Shown in pieces: positions 22,597 through 33,163 of a stretch of DNA of 64,000 nt. Numbering within the stretch: position 1 is the stretch's first letter; each line of letters starts with the position of its first letter. A program made the translations under genes and the position numbers. The DNA lies in the NCBI GenBank assembly GCA_910577205.1, contig CAJTMA010000001.1, positions 137,840 to 201,839 of the forward strand. Direction: 5' to 3'. The DNA is from an uncultured Alphaproteobacteria bacterium (lineage in GTDB: Bacteria; Pseudomonadota; Alphaproteobacteria; RF32; CAG-239). Below the pieces are notes generated by a model, which saw nothing but the letters and a program-made list of their open reading frames with translations, searched no databases and was not told the DNA's origin.

Positions 22597-24096
22597 TTAG
22601 TAATTGCTCGGGCGGCCGGAGATTTCATAGCCGGTATAGCCGTCAACCACCGAGTTGGCATAGGCAAAATCCGTGGAGTTGCAGGAATGAATCCGATACA
22701 AAGTTTCCCCCTGCTCGACCGTATCGCCCACTTTTTTCAGCAAGTCTAATCCAGCACCGGGATATTGCCCCGCCCCTGCCCAAACGCCGATTTTATTAAT
22801 GCGCGAATTATCGATGGCTTCCACCACGCCGCTGACGTTAGAAACAATATCCCTCGTCAAATGCCCAACCTGCGGCTGCGGCGCTTTGCCTTGGGCATGG
22901 ATGATTTTATTAATCATCTCCAAAGCGCGTCCGGAGGTTAAAATTTCTTTGGCAACTAAATATCCCTGTCCGCCGCGCAATTTGGGATCAAACTCTAATA
23001 TCCGTCCGGCCAAGAATAAAGATTTCTCCAGCAAATCCTGCGGCGCGTCTTCTTTATTGCGCAGGACTTTCATCACATCCCGGGCTTCCAGAACCGCGCC
23101 AACGCCGTTGCCAATCGGCTCGCTGCCGTCGGTAATGACAACATCAATTTCCATAGACAGCATATCGCCGACATATTCTATCAGCTTGCGCAGGCGCATG
23201 GCTTCATTGGTGCTTTTGATGCGGGATTTCGGCCCGACCGGAATATCAAGAAGCAAATGCGTGACACCAGCGGCAAGCTTTATCGCCAAAATGGAAGATG
23301 TGATATGTTCCTGCTGAGTCAGTCCGATTTGGCGCTCAACCGAAGAAATCATTTTGCTGGCCGCGGCTATATTTAATCCGTCATAGCAGGCAACTGCCGC
23401 ACGGTTTTCTTTTACCAGTTTCTTAAATGTTTTATCATCAATGTCAACATTGGTCAGCACGCTCATGGTGTCGGCTACGCCGGCGCAGGAAGTCAGCGAT
23501 CGAGAAGCTGTTTTGGGAATAGGTAGGCCGTAAGCACCGACAATTGCCGTAATGATAATGTCGGTCTTATTGCCGGGCACGCCGCCCAGGCAATGGTGAT
23601 CAACAACTATTCCTTCGTTGTCCCAGTGAAAAACATTGTCCCCGACCAGCGCTTCGGTCATCGACAGGACTTCCGGCGCACTCATGAATGAGCCGCTGGC
23701 AACCAGAAACGAGGCAATGTCCATATTGGAGTAGCGTTTAGCCGTGATGTCATTGATGATGGAGCTGTATTCGCCGGAGCTTAAAATATTGCCGGCAATT
23801 TTGCGTTTGACCGAAGCTAAGCTCGGCGGCGGCGTCGACAGCGAAATCGACAGGTTCGCCCCCTCGGGCAAGTTGATTTGTTTAAAGGCTTCGTTGTTTA
23901 AGGCAATTTCTGTCGGCTTAACCAGTTTGGCATCATCGACAACCTGCAAAAAAGCATAGACTGGCTTAACGCCGCCGTGGATTTCTATTTTAGTCAGCGT
24001 CGAGATGTCATCAACTTTATAGGCCGCGCAATCTTTATGCAAATAAGCCAGATTTTCGTTAAATGAGCTTAACGGAAGATGTTTTAAACTCAGCAT
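22597..24096 (-). CDS. Thymidine/pyrimidine-nucleoside phosphorylase family, ~500-aa type with N-terminal extension.
   Basis: Glycosyl transferase family 3 core (HSCGGVPGNKT, TASRSLTSCAGVADT) plus PYNP C-terminus. Confidence 0.75.
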   Translation of the reverse strand: MLSLKHLPLSSFNENLAYLHKDCAAYKVDDISTLTKIEIHGGVKPVYAFLQVVDDAKLVKPTEIALNNEAFKQINLPEGANLSISLSTPPPSLASVKRKIAGNILSSGEYSSIINDITAKRYSNMDIASFLVASGSFMSAPEVLSMTEALVGDNVFHWDNEGIVVDHHCLGGVPGNKTDIIITAIVGAYGLPIPKTASRSLTSCAGVADTMSVLTNVDIDDKTFKKLVKENRAAVACYDGLNIAAASKMISSVERQIGLTQQEHITSSILAIKLAAGVTHLLLDIPVGPKSRIKSTNEAMRLRKLIEYVGDMLSMEIDVVITDGSEPIGNGVGAVLEARDVMKVLRNKEDAPQDLLEKSLFLAGRILEFDPKLRGGQGYLVAKEILTSGRALEMINKIIHAQGKAPQPQVGHLTRDIVSNVSGVVEAIDNSRINKIGVWAGAGQYPGAGLDLLKKVGDTVEQGETLYRIHSCNSTDFAYANSVVDGYTGYEISGRPSNY

Positions 24097-24178
24097 GACA
24101 AAGCCTCACGGTTAACAGTCGTAAAATTTTACTAAATATATGGCTATTGTGGTTTATGTTTCGTTAATATGCAAGTTT

Positions 24179-26956
24179 TTAATGCGCTTCGGCCCAATTG
24201 TCGCCCACACCGACTTCGGCAATAAACGGCACTTCATAATTAACAACATTCTGCATACTTTGTTTAATCAGTTCAGAAACAGCAGCCACTTCTTCTTCCG
24301 GCGCTTCAAAAACCAGTTCGTCGTGCACTTGCAACAGCATACGGGTTTTGAAACCACCGGCTTTTAATGCTTTAAATACAGTGTTCATCGCCATTTTGAT
24401 AATATCGGCAGCACCGCCTTGTATCGGCGCATTGATTGCGGCGCGCTCGGCGTTCATGGCCAGGCGTTTGTTTTTATCATTAATGCCATTGACCGTACAT
24501 TTGCGGCCGAACGGTGTCAGGACATAGCCGTTCTTGCGAGCAAACTGAATAGTGTCATCCATATATTGCTTGATTTCGGGCATTTCACGGAAATAAGCAT
24601 CAATATAAGCTTTGGCTTCCTCGTTACTGACATCAATCTGTTTTGCCAAACCAAACTGGGAAATGCCGTAGACAATGCCGAAATTAATCGCTTTGGCGTG
24701 GCGGCGCTGGTTTGGCGTTACTTCATTCAGCGGCACGCCGAAAACACGGGAAGCCGTGGCGGCATGAATATCCTGATTTTCGGCAAAAGAATGTTTCAGC
24801 CCCTTTACATCCGCAACCACCGCCAGCAAGCGCAGCTCAACCTGTGAATAGTCTGAGGCAATAATCTTATGTCCCGGTTTGGCAATAAAGCTTTCACGGA
24901 TTTTCTTTCCCTCTTCGCTGCGAATGGGAATATTTTGCAGGTTGGGATTGTTAGAAGCCAAACGCCCGGTTGAGGTATTAATCTGATTATAGGTGGTGTG
25001 CACGCGGTCTTGCTTATCAAGCAGAGCCAGCAAAGCGTCGGTATAGGTTGATTTGAGTTTGCTCAATGCCCGCCAATCCAGAATTTTGGCGGCAAGCTCA
25101 TTGCCTTCGGCAGCCAAATCTTCCAAAATATCTGCGCCGGTTTGCCAAGCACCGGTCGGGGTTTTCTTGCCTTTAGCCCCGAGTTTGCTAAACAAAATAT
25201 CGCCGATTTGTTTGGGTGAACCTAAGTTAAATTCTTCGCCGGCTAAACGGTAGCTTTGCTGCTCATAATCACGCATTTTTAATTCAAAATCGCGGCTTAA
25301 ACCTTGCAGCGCTTTGGTATTGACGCAAATTCCCGCATCTTCCATTGATTTGAGAATATTAATCAGCGGGCGGTCTAAATCTTCATACACGCTGACCTGG
25401 TGCTCGGCAAACAGGCGCGGCTTGAATAACTGATAAAGCCGCAAGGTATAATCAGCATCCTCAGCAGCATATTCCAAGGCCTTATCCAAATCAACTTTAT
25501 CAAAGGTTATTTTATTTTTGCCGCTGCCGCAAACTTCTTCATAGGCAATCATTTTATGGTCTAAATAAAGCTTTGCCAATTCATCCAGCCCATGGCCGTG
25601 CTCGGTACCGTTCAGAACATATGACAATACGGCAGTATCGTCTATAGGTTCGACAAGGGTGTCCTCGCCCCAGACTTGTTCCATAAAATGCAAATCAAAT
25701 TTGATATTATGGCCGATTTTCAGAATAGATTTGCTGGTAAACAGCGGTTTGAGGATTTTTGACACCTGTTCAAAGCTTAATTGCGGTGCCAGCGGGCTTT
25801 GCTGCTCGCTAAACAAATCCAGATTTTCGCCTGACGGCAGGCCGCAGAGATGACCTAACGGCACATAACAAGCTTCTCCCGGCGCGGCCGATAGCGAAAA
25901 GCCGACAATTTCATCAAACTGCGGATTTAGCCCGTTCGTTTCCGTATCAAATGCAACATATCCGGCCTGACGTATTTTATCTGCCCAGCGTCTTAAGCCG
26001 GCTTCGTTTTGAATAAGTTCATAGTGGGTTTCAATCTCGGGCACTGCCGGTTTAAATACAGTGTTATCTTCTCCGTCCGGCAAGCTTAAACATTGTTCAG
26101 CCACCCATTTTTCGACCCGCGGGCGGATAGAATTAAAGCCATAGCGGGCAACAAAATCCAACATGGTTTGCAAGTCCGGTTTCCGGCAGGCAAATTCTTC
26201 TATGTCGTGCATTACCGGAACATCCGGCTTTAATGTAACCAGCTGCAAAGATATTCTGGCTTTATCGGCATTTTCAATCAAGGTTTCGCGGCGCTTGTTT
26301 TGTTTGATTTCCGGCGCGCGGGCTAAAACCTCTTCCAGCGAGCCAAACTGGTTAATCAATTCCGCCGCGGTTTTCAATCCAATGCCGGGAACGCCGGGAA
26401 TATTATCCGTGCTGTCGCCCGCCAAAGCCTGGACATCAACCACTTTATCCGGATAAACGCCGAATTTCTCCTTAACATCTTCCGGCGTAAAATATTTGTC
26501 TTTCATCGGGTCAAAAAATTCTACCCCCGGGCGGATAAGCTGCATTAAATCTTTGTCAGCGGAGATAACCGTTACCTCGTAGCCCTCTTTTAAAGCCTTA
26601 TCGGCATAAGTGGCTATCAGGTCGTCTGCTTCATAGCCTTCCATATCCAGATAATGCAGGTTCAGCTTCTCCACTGCCTGATGGATAATGTCAAACTGGG
26701 GAATCAAATCCTCAGGGATTTCCTTGCGCGTCCCTTTATAATCGGGAAAAATATCATTGCGAAAATTCTGGCGCTTGGCATCAAACAACACCAGCGAGTA
26801 ATCGCATTTGATTTTCTGAGTGAGGCGCATGAACATATTCGTAAAGCCGTAAACGGCATTAACCGGAATTCCGTCCGGGCTGGTTAATGGCGGCAAAGCA
26901 TAGAACGCCCGGAAAATATAACCAGAACCGTCAATTAAACATATTCTTTTGCTCAT
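24179..26956 (-). CDS. polA: DNA polymerase I.
   Basis: 5'-3' exonuclease, 3'-5' exonuclease and family A polymerase motifs (DYSQIELR, QVHDEL). 925 aa. Confidence 0.97.
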   Translation of the reverse strand: MSKRICLIDGSGYIFRAFYALPPLTSPDGIPVNAVYGFTNMFMRLTQKIKCDYSLVLFDAKRQNFRNDIFPDYKGTRKEIPEDLIPQFDIIHQAVEKLNLHYLDMEGYEADDLIATYADKALKEGYEVTVISADKDLMQLIRPGVEFFDPMKDKYFTPEDVKEKFGVYPDKVVDVQALAGDSTDNIPGVPGIGLKTAAELINQFGSLEEVLARAPEIKQNKRRETLIENADKARISLQLVTLKPDVPVMHDIEEFACRKPDLQTMLDFVARYGFNSIRPRVEKWVAEQCLSLPDGEDNTVFKPAVPEIETHYELIQNEAGLRRWADKIRQAGYVAFDTETNGLNPQFDEIVGFSLSAAPGEACYVPLGHLCGLPSGENLDLFSEQQSPLAPQLSFEQVSKILKPLFTSKSILKIGHNIKFDLHFMEQVWGEDTLVEPIDDTAVLSYVLNGTEHGHGLDELAKLYLDHKMIAYEEVCGSGKNKITFDKVDLDKALEYAAEDADYTLRLYQLFKPRLFAEHQVSVYEDLDRPLINILKSMEDAGICVNTKALQGLSRDFELKMRDYEQQSYRLAGEEFNLGSPKQIGDILFSKLGAKGKKTPTGAWQTGADILEDLAAEGNELAAKILDWRALSKLKSTYTDALLALLDKQDRVHTTYNQINTSTGRLASNNPNLQNIPIRSEEGKKIRESFIAKPGHKIIASDYSQVELRLLAVVADVKGLKHSFAENQDIHAATASRVFGVPLNEVTPNQRRHAKAINFGIVYGISQFGLAKQIDVSNEEAKAYIDAYFREMPEIKQYMDDTIQFARKNGYVLTPFGRKCTVNGINDKNKRLAMNAERAAINAPIQGGAADIIKMAMNTVFKALKAGGFKTRMLLQVHDELVFEAPEEEVAAVSELIKQSMQNVVNYEVPFIAEVGVGDNWAEAH

Positions 26957-27117
26957 GATTTTGTTTCTTTCCCCGATAATTTATTTGGTAAGAATATATA
27001 CTGCTTTTAGCAAAATACCAAGTCATAAGCATCATCTTGGGGAGAAACCGGCAGCGCAAGAAGTTTATGCACTTTAAGACAAACCCCGGAAGATTATTCC
27101 GGGGTTTGTGCGAATAC

Positions 27118-27321
27118 TTATTCTGCGGCGGAGAAAAAGAAAGAACGCTCCAGAGATGAAACACTATTCAAATCAGTATTGTAAACGTCTTCGCAGTTTT
27201 CGACATATTCAGCCACAGCCAGTTCAAGGCTGTCTTCGACCGTGCGCCCGCTTTTAAGCGACAAGCTTTGCAGTTTTTTATATAATTCCGCCGGGAGGGT
27301 TACTGATATATCAGACATCAA
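27118..27321 (-). CDS. Ribbon-helix-helix (CopG/antitoxin-like) small DNA-binding protein.
   Basis: ISVTLPAELYKKLQ...GRTVEDSLELAVAEYVE beta-alpha-alpha pattern. 67 aa. No partner toxin nearby. Confidence 0.5.
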   Translation of the reverse strand: MMSDISVTLPAELYKKLQSLSLKSGRTVEDSLELAVAEYVENCEDVYNTDLNSVSSLERSFFFSAAE

Positions 27322-27370
27322 TTTTCCTTTAACTTCTTTGTGATAAGTTATGGTTTAGTTTTAAGATATT

Positions 27371-29209
27371 TTGCGAATCGGCGCAAGGGCTTATGTGATG
27401 GCGAAAGTTACCAAGAAAAAGAAAACCGTAAAAAAAAGAAAAAAAAGAGAGTCAAAACAAAGAGTTGAGAATCGGCGGCTGCTCTTAAAGTTTATTGCGG
27501 CGCTGGTGATAACTTTTGCAGCCTGTCTGCTGTATTGTTTTCTGACCCTGCCGGATATTGAACAGGCTGTTTCGCGCACCAGACAGCCCTCCACGACCAT
27601 TACCGCAGAAAACGGCAATGAAGTCGCGACTTATGGGCAGATTTATTCCGCAGTGGTTATGCCCGACTATTTGCCGAAGCACGCGACAGAAGCGATTATT
27701 GCCACAGAAGACCGGCGGTTTTATCATCATTTCGGGTTTGACGTTATCGCTTTCACCCGGGCGATGGCCGTTAACCTCATTAAAGGGCGCTATGCCCAAG
27801 GCGGCAGCACGATTACGCAGCAGGTTGCCAAAAACCTGTTTTTAACGCCTAATAAAAATATCAAACGCAAAGTTCAGGAATTGCTGCTGGCTTTTTGGCT
27901 GGAACACAAATTCACCAAACAACAGATTATGGCGCTTTATTTGAACCGGGTATATCTCGGGGCGGGAACTTACGGCATAGAAGCGGCAGCCAATAAATAT
28001 TTTCAGAAAACTTCTGCGGATTTAAACTTAAAGGAAGCGGCTATTCTTGCCGGAATGCTTAAAGCCCCGACACGTTATAATCCGGCGGCAAATCCGGAAC
28101 AGGCCGAAAAACGGGCAAGAATTGTTTTGCAAAATATGGTGGATGAAGGCTATATCAGCGAGGCTGAACGGCAAAAGGCTCTGAATATGCCAACCGGCGC
28201 GTTGATATCCGATAAAGTCGAGGGCGGAAAATATTTTGCTGACTGGGTTTATAATGACGTCAACGCCTATATCGGCGAGCGGGAAAATGATATTTATGTT
28301 TATACAACCCTTGACCAGCATATTCAGGAAGCCGCGGATAAAATTCTGACGGAAAGCATTAAAGCCAACAAAAATAAAAATGTTACCCAAGGGGCGATAG
28401 TCGTTTTAGATAAATCAGGCGGCGTTAAAGCTTTAATCGGCGGTGTCAATTATCAAAAAAGCCAATTTAACAGGGCTATTCATGCCTTGCGGCAGCCAGG
28501 GTCGTCATTTAAGACTTTTGTTTATCTGACGGCGCTGCAAAACGGCTATAAACCAAGCGATATCATCGGTGATTTTCCGATAAGTATCGGCGATTGGCAG
28601 CCGGAAAACATCGACAAGAAATATCACGGCGAAGTCAGCCTGACCGAAGCTTTGGCAAAGTCTTACAATCTGGCAACTATTAATCTGGCGCAGTCGCTTT
28701 CTAAGTCTGAAATTATCCGAACCGCTCAAAAAATGGGCATTACCACCCCTATTCAAAATACGCCGTCTTTGGCTTTGGGGGCTTTTGAGGTTAAGGTTAT
28801 CGATATGGCCGTGGCTTATTCGGCGATTGCCAATGGCGGCTATGCGACTTGGCCTTATGCCATTAAAGAAATTTACAGCCGTGACGGCTATCAACTGTAT
28901 ATGCGCGAAAATGACGACAACAATCAAATTCTTGACCGCCGGGCAGTTAAAGACATGGCAAAAATGCTGGAGCGCGTTATCCAAACCGGAACGGGGCGCA
29001 AAGCCAAACTGCCGTTTTTTGCTGCCGGAAAAACAGGAACATCACAAGATTACCGCGACGCGTGGTTTGTCGGCTTCACGGATAAATATATTGCCGCGGT
29101 ATGGGTGGGCAATGACGATAATTCACCCATGAAAAAAGTCGGCGGAAGCTCTCTGCCTGCTGAAATCTGGCGCAAAGTCATGCTGGCGGCTCATGAAAAC
29201 CACGACTGA
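27371..29209 (+). CDS. Class A penicillin-binding protein (GT51 transglycosylase plus transpeptidase).
   Basis: EDRRFYHHFGFD (GT51), SSFK (SxxK), KTGT. Start may be the internal ATG at 27398. Confidence 0.85.
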   Translation: MRIGARAYVMAKVTKKKKTVKKRKKRESKQRVENRRLLLKFIAALVITFAACLLYCFLTLPDIEQAVSRTRQPSTTITAENGNEVATYGQIYSAVVMPDYLPKHATEAIIATEDRRFYHHFGFDVIAFTRAMAVNLIKGRYAQGGSTITQQVAKNLFLTPNKNIKRKVQELLLAFWLEHKFTKQQIMALYLNRVYLGAGTYGIEAAANKYFQKTSADLNLKEAAILAGMLKAPTRYNPAANPEQAEKRARIVLQNMVDEGYISEAERQKALNMPTGALISDKVEGGKYFADWVYNDVNAYIGERENDIYVYTTLDQHIQEAADKILTESIKANKNKNVTQGAIVVLDKSGGVKALIGGVNYQKSQFNRAIHALRQPGSSFKTFVYLTALQNGYKPSDIIGDFPISIGDWQPENIDKKYHGEVSLTEALAKSYNLATINLAQSLSKSEIIRTAQKMGITTPIQNTPSLALGAFEVKVIDMAVAYSAIANGGYATWPYAIKEIYSRDGYQLYMRENDDNNQILDRRAVKDMAKMLERVIQTGTGRKAKLPFFAAGKTGTSQDYRDAWFVGFTDKYIAAVWVGNDDNSPMKKVGGSSLPAEIWRKVMLAAHENHD

Positions 29210-29220
29210 TACTAATTGTA

Positions 29221-29258
29221 AAACAAAACCGTCCGGCGGATAAACCGGACGGTTTTCA
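29221..29258. terminator. Bidirectional terminator (ccgtccggcggataaaccggacgg with flanking T/A runs). Part of inverted-repeat arm A.
   Basis: Hairpin with U-tracts on both strands. Confidence 0.7.
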
Positions 29259-30016
29259 GATGACGGTAAGCTGTGCCTTATTTTGAAAGTTCAGTTATCC
29301 GCTTTGCCGCAATCCGTCCCCGAAAATTCTCTCACTTTTTTCAGGGATAAAAACTTTATCAGGCTTCCAAAACCACGCTGACATTAAGCTGATAATAGTC
29401 CAGCAGATAACCGATATCCATATTGGTTATGGCGGCGCGTCCGCTTTCGATTTTCTCTAGACTTTTAAAGTTGACTTTGGTTTCGCGGCAGACTTGCTCC
29501 CGGCTGATGTTGCGCTGCGAGCGTATCATTAGCAGCCAAATGCCGAGCGTCCGCCCGATGGTGGTTTGCAAATCTTTGGGTGTGATTTGCAGCGTTACTT
29601 TTTCTAACATTCCAAGCTCCTGTTTTGTTTTGGGATATCATAAAATCCCTACCTAACAATTCCGACTATATTTGCTGTTTCGGCAGCTGTCGCAACCTCA
29701 CAACAAAAAGTCTCATTGCTTATCTCAACAAAACAATTTTCAAATTGTTTTGTTTTCGCAGCCCCTTAATTTTAAGGGGAGGTTAGGTAGGGATTAATTT
29801 CTCCAAACCCTGTAAATTAAAACAAAAACCGCCTTAAATTTTAAGGCGGAGGAGCTGAAAAACTGCCAATAACAGTCAGTCTTATTCGTGCTTACGCCTT
29901 ATATCGACCACTCCCCCGAAAAGGAGGATATTTTTTTATTGGAGATGTTTTTCAGACACCACAACCGATCTCCCGGCTGCGAGAATTATATTAGGTGATT
30001 ATTTTTATTTTGCAAT
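29222..30016. repeat. Arm A of an imperfect large inverted repeat. Contains an XRE HTH gene plus ~400 bp upstream. Roughly 85-90% identity to the reverse complement of 36339-37270.
   Basis: Aligned by eye: terminator, HTH gene, gagcttggaatg start context, and upstream attgcaaaataaaaata...ggttgtggtgtctgaaaaacatct block. Confidence 0.75.
29359..29610 (-). CDS. XRE-family helix-turn-helix transcriptional regulator, 83 aa, copy A.
   Basis: ISREQVCRETKVNFKSLEKIESGRAAI HTH. 79 of 83 residues identical to the 36878-37129 product. Confidence 0.75.
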   Translation of the reverse strand: MLEKVTLQITPKDLQTTIGRTLGIWLLMIRSQRNISREQVCRETKVNFKSLEKIESGRAAITNMDIGYLLDYYQLNVSVVLEA

Positions 30017-30184
30017 CAAAATATTGCGATTGTTTGGTTGGGAGGAAAGTCGGCCAATGGGGGGAATATTGGGAAAGGCTGAGGTCGCAGCAGAAAAAAG
30101 CGGCGCGGAGAGAGGTGAAGAATGTAAAGCCGAGTAACGATAACAGGCTGCTCAAAGACATGGCAACAGATACGGAGATATTTA

Positions 30185-30658
30185 TCAGAAATAGTTGTCA
30201 ATTATCGGGGCAAAGACTTCCACCATCTGTTTATATGCATCTTTTTTTACGCTCCAGACCAAATCCGGCGTTTCGCGGATATCAACCCAGCGGTATTCCT
30301 TAAACTCCGGTTCAGCTGTCTGCAAATTGATTTCTGTTTCGCTGCCTGTCAGATAGAACAATGACCAATATTGTTCCTGTCCATCGGTTAAAATACCGCG
30401 CTGGCTAAAAATATTTTTAACTTCCGGCGGAAATTCATAGCGTATCGGCTTTTCAATTCCGGCAATCCATTTTACGCTGTGCAACGAGGTTTCTTCAAAC
30501 AATTCGCGGGCTGCTGCCTGCTTAGGCGTTTCACCGGCTTCTATGCCGCCCTGCGGAAACTGCCAAAGATTGCCCTCGCCATTAATGCGGGCGCAAACCA
30601 AAACTTTTTTATCGTCCCGAAAAACGACCACCGCTGCATTTTTGCGAAAATTTGCCAT
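30185..30658 (-). CDS. rppH: RNA pyrophosphohydrolase (Nudix).
   Basis: Nudix box GG.E.GETP..AA.REL.EE. Alphaproteobacterial RppH-like N-terminus. 157 aa. Confidence 0.85.
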   Translation of the reverse strand: MANFRKNAAVVVFRDDKKVLVCARINGEGNLWQFPQGGIEAGETPKQAAARELFEETSLHSVKWIAGIEKPIRYEFPPEVKNIFSQRGILTDGQEQYWSLFYLTGSETEINLQTAEPEFKEYRWVDIRETPDLVWSVKKDAYKQMVEVFAPIIDNYF

Positions 30659-30660
30659 GC

Positions 30661-31833
30661 TTATTCCGCCACCAGATTAGAAACCGGAACTAAAGCAAAG
30701 GGTTTGGCAATCTCAGAAATGTTTTTCTCTTTCATTTCCTCATAACTTAATTGCGGCGAAAAGCTTTTTATCCATTCGCTTAAAGCCAAAACAACCACTG
30801 GCTTGGGTTCGGTTACGATAATCACCCGTCCTTTGTCACGGGCAATTTGTTCTGCCTGTTGCAATTTTTCTTCGGTTGACTGGCGGGAGTAATCGTTTTC
30901 GATAACAATATCAGCTTTTGCGCGGACTAAACGATCGATTTTAAGCTGAGCCAAACCGTCATGGTTTACAGAATCAATAACCAGCAAACCGCGATTTTTT
31001 AACTCTTGCATAAGTGTTGCCAATTGTTCGGCATTGCTTTCATCTGCAACGCCTGAGCGAACAATGATACCGCCGGAGGGTACTTTTGCGCCGATAACTT
31101 TTTCAAGCCGGCTGCGATTTTCATCAAGGCTGGCCGTCAAACTCATGGAAAGCGGTCCGCTGTCTGATTTCAGATAATCTTCTGACGGCAGCAGAAAGTC
31201 CATATAGGTTTCGTGTCCCTCTGTTCTGGCTTCCGCCAATTGTTTTTCCAAAACCGGGGCATAAGGCGAAAAGGAGAAGCTGACTTCCGCAGGCAGCCCT
31301 TTGTTTATCAGACGGGCGTGGGCTGGGTTAGCCCCCAGATTGGCAATCACCACCGCAACACGGTTAAAACGGGGCATAACCTGAACTTTGCGGCCATAGG
31401 TTTCCCATGGGCGCTCTTTGCCGTCTGTCTTCGGCAGCAGCAATCCGTTTTTTTCTTCAACCAAATTATCTCTTGGCTGAATGTCCGGCAAAGGCTTTTG
31501 CCCATCGGCATCGCCCAGTTTTCCCAAATTAGGAATACGGCTTAAAACAGCTTCAAGGCTGTGCGGATTTTCCGAGGCGGCCTCTGCCTGCGCTTCTTGG
31601 GTTGGCGCATTTTTCACTTTTTCAGGCGTTTCTTGTTTTTTTACCCTGTCTGGCAGCGTGATTATGTATTTGGGCGATTTGTTATGCGTGTCATACATAA
31701 TCCTGTCAATTTTTGACAGATAAACTGGTTCGCTTTTCTTGCTGGCAAACAAATATCCCAGTCCGGCCATTCCCGCCAAAGTCAGCAGGATAACCAGAAA
31801 CAGCGTTTGTTTTTGCCGCAGAGTTTCAATCAA
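30661..31833 (-). CDS. Divergent polysaccharide deacetylase family protein (YibQ-like).
   Basis: RVAVVIANLG block and position downstream of ctpA, as in many alphaproteobacteria. N-terminal TM. Confidence 0.6.
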   Translation of the reverse strand: MIETLRQKQTLFLVILLTLAGMAGLGYLFASKKSEPVYLSKIDRIMYDTHNKSPKYIITLPDRVKKQETPEKVKNAPTQEAQAEAASENPHSLEAVLSRIPNLGKLGDADGQKPLPDIQPRDNLVEEKNGLLLPKTDGKERPWETYGRKVQVMPRFNRVAVVIANLGANPAHARLINKGLPAEVSFSFSPYAPVLEKQLAEARTEGHETYMDFLLPSEDYLKSDSGPLSMSLTASLDENRSRLEKVIGAKVPSGGIIVRSGVADESNAEQLATLMQELKNRGLLVIDSVNHDGLAQLKIDRLVRAKADIVIENDYSRQSTEEKLQQAEQIARDKGRVIIVTEPKPVVVLALSEWIKSFSPQLSYEEMKEKNISEIAKPFALVPVSNLVAE

Positions 31834-31836
31834 CGT

Positions 31837-33150
31837 TTAGTTTCCTTTTTCTTCCAAGCCCTGATTGTATAAATTCAACGCCTTAACCAAATCAATTGCG
31901 CGGGACAACTGGTAGTCTTTTGCCAGTTCTTCGGCTTCAGCTTTTCTTTGGTCTGCAGTTTTGCCTTTTTTATCGCCGGCGGTTTCGTTTTTCAGCGCGT
32001 TGCTGAATTCGGCCTCGCTGAAACCAACGCCGGTGTCGATAATTTCAACTTTAGCCGGTTTGACCTCAATATCGGGTTCAATGCCTTTGGCCTGAATAGA
32101 ACGTCCGGACGGCGTATAATAGCGGGCAGTGGTTAATCTCATCGCGCCGAATTTGCCAAGCGGGATAACTGTCTGCACCGAACCTTTGCCGAAAGATTTT
32201 TCGCCAAGGATAATGGCGCGTTTATGGTCTTGCAATGCACCGGCAACAATTTCAGAAGCAGAGGCTGAGCCGTCATTAATCATAACCACTATCGGCAGTC
32301 CTTTGGCAATATCACCCTCTTTGGCGGTGTATTTGACGGTGTCTTCCTCATTGCGTGACCGGGTGGAAACGATTTCGCCTTTGTCAAGGAACAAGTCTGA
32401 AACATTAACCGCCTGATCTAACAAACCGCCGGGATTATTGCGTAAATCAATAACCACGCCTTTTAATTTCTCGCCGTGTTTTTTCTTGGCTTCCTTAATT
32501 GCTTTGGCAATCATATTGTCAACATCATCGCTGAAAGATGAAATGCGGATATAAATCACGTCATCAGCTTTAATGCTGTGTTTGACGGATTGGATTTTGA
32601 TTTCCTCGCGTTTGAGGGTAACTTCCAGCGGCTTCTCATTAAGACGGCGGATTGTCAGCTTGACTTTGCTGCCGATTTTGCCGCGCATTTTATCTACCGC
32701 GTCGTTTAAGGTCATGCCCATAACGGCTTCATCATCAATATTCGTAATGTAGTCACCGGGCTTTAATCCGGCTTTGGAAGCAGGGGTGTCGTCTATCGGC
32801 GACACGACTTTTACCACGCCGTTTTCCATGGTGACCTCAATTCCCAAACCGCCGAATTTGCCTTTGGTTTGTTCGCTCATGTATTTGAAGCTCTGGTCGT
32901 CTAAAAAGCTGGAATGCGGATCTAATGCCGATAACATCCCGTTAATCGCAGATTCAATCAGTTTTTTATCTGTAACATCTTCCACATAGGACACTTTTGC
33001 CCGCTCCATAACCTCGCCAAAGAGATTTAACATCTCGTAGGTGTCGGCATCGGCTGCCGGAGTTTTAGCATTTTTTGCCGCTTGTGACATCGGCGATGCC
33101 ATCATCAGGCATAAGAGTGAAACAGTAAATAATGATATTCTTTTCCGCAT
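31837..33150 (-). CDS. ctpA: Carboxy-terminal processing protease (S41).
   Basis: PDZ plus S41 motifs (GGLGIE, RNNPGG, SASASE). I chose MRKRISLF as the start in preference to the ORF-track extension. Confidence 0.9.
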   Translation of the reverse strand: MRKRISLFTVSLLCLMMASPMSQAAKNAKTPAADADTYEMLNLFGEVMERAKVSYVEDVTDKKLIESAINGMLSALDPHSSFLDDQSFKYMSEQTKGKFGGLGIEVTMENGVVKVVSPIDDTPASKAGLKPGDYITNIDDEAVMGMTLNDAVDKMRGKIGSKVKLTIRRLNEKPLEVTLKREEIKIQSVKHSIKADDVIYIRISSFSDDVDNMIAKAIKEAKKKHGEKLKGVVIDLRNNPGGLLDQAVNVSDLFLDKGEIVSTRSRNEEDTVKYTAKEGDIAKGLPIVVMINDGSASASEIVAGALQDHKRAIILGEKSFGKGSVQTVIPLGKFGAMRLTTARYYTPSGRSIQAKGIEPDIEVKPAKVEIIDTGVGFSEAEFSNALKNETAGDKKGKTADQRKAEAEELAKDYQLSRAIDLVKALNLYNQGLEEKGN

Positions 33151-33163
33151 ATTTTTTTCCTTA

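Noticed and set aside
29465-29659. Alternative-frame ORFs of 64 and 75 aa overlapping the two HTH genes. They are duplicated because they sit inside the inverted repeat.
   Set aside because: They share DNA with the clear HTH ORFs. Their conservation between arms is a by-product of the DNA repeat, not evidence of coding.
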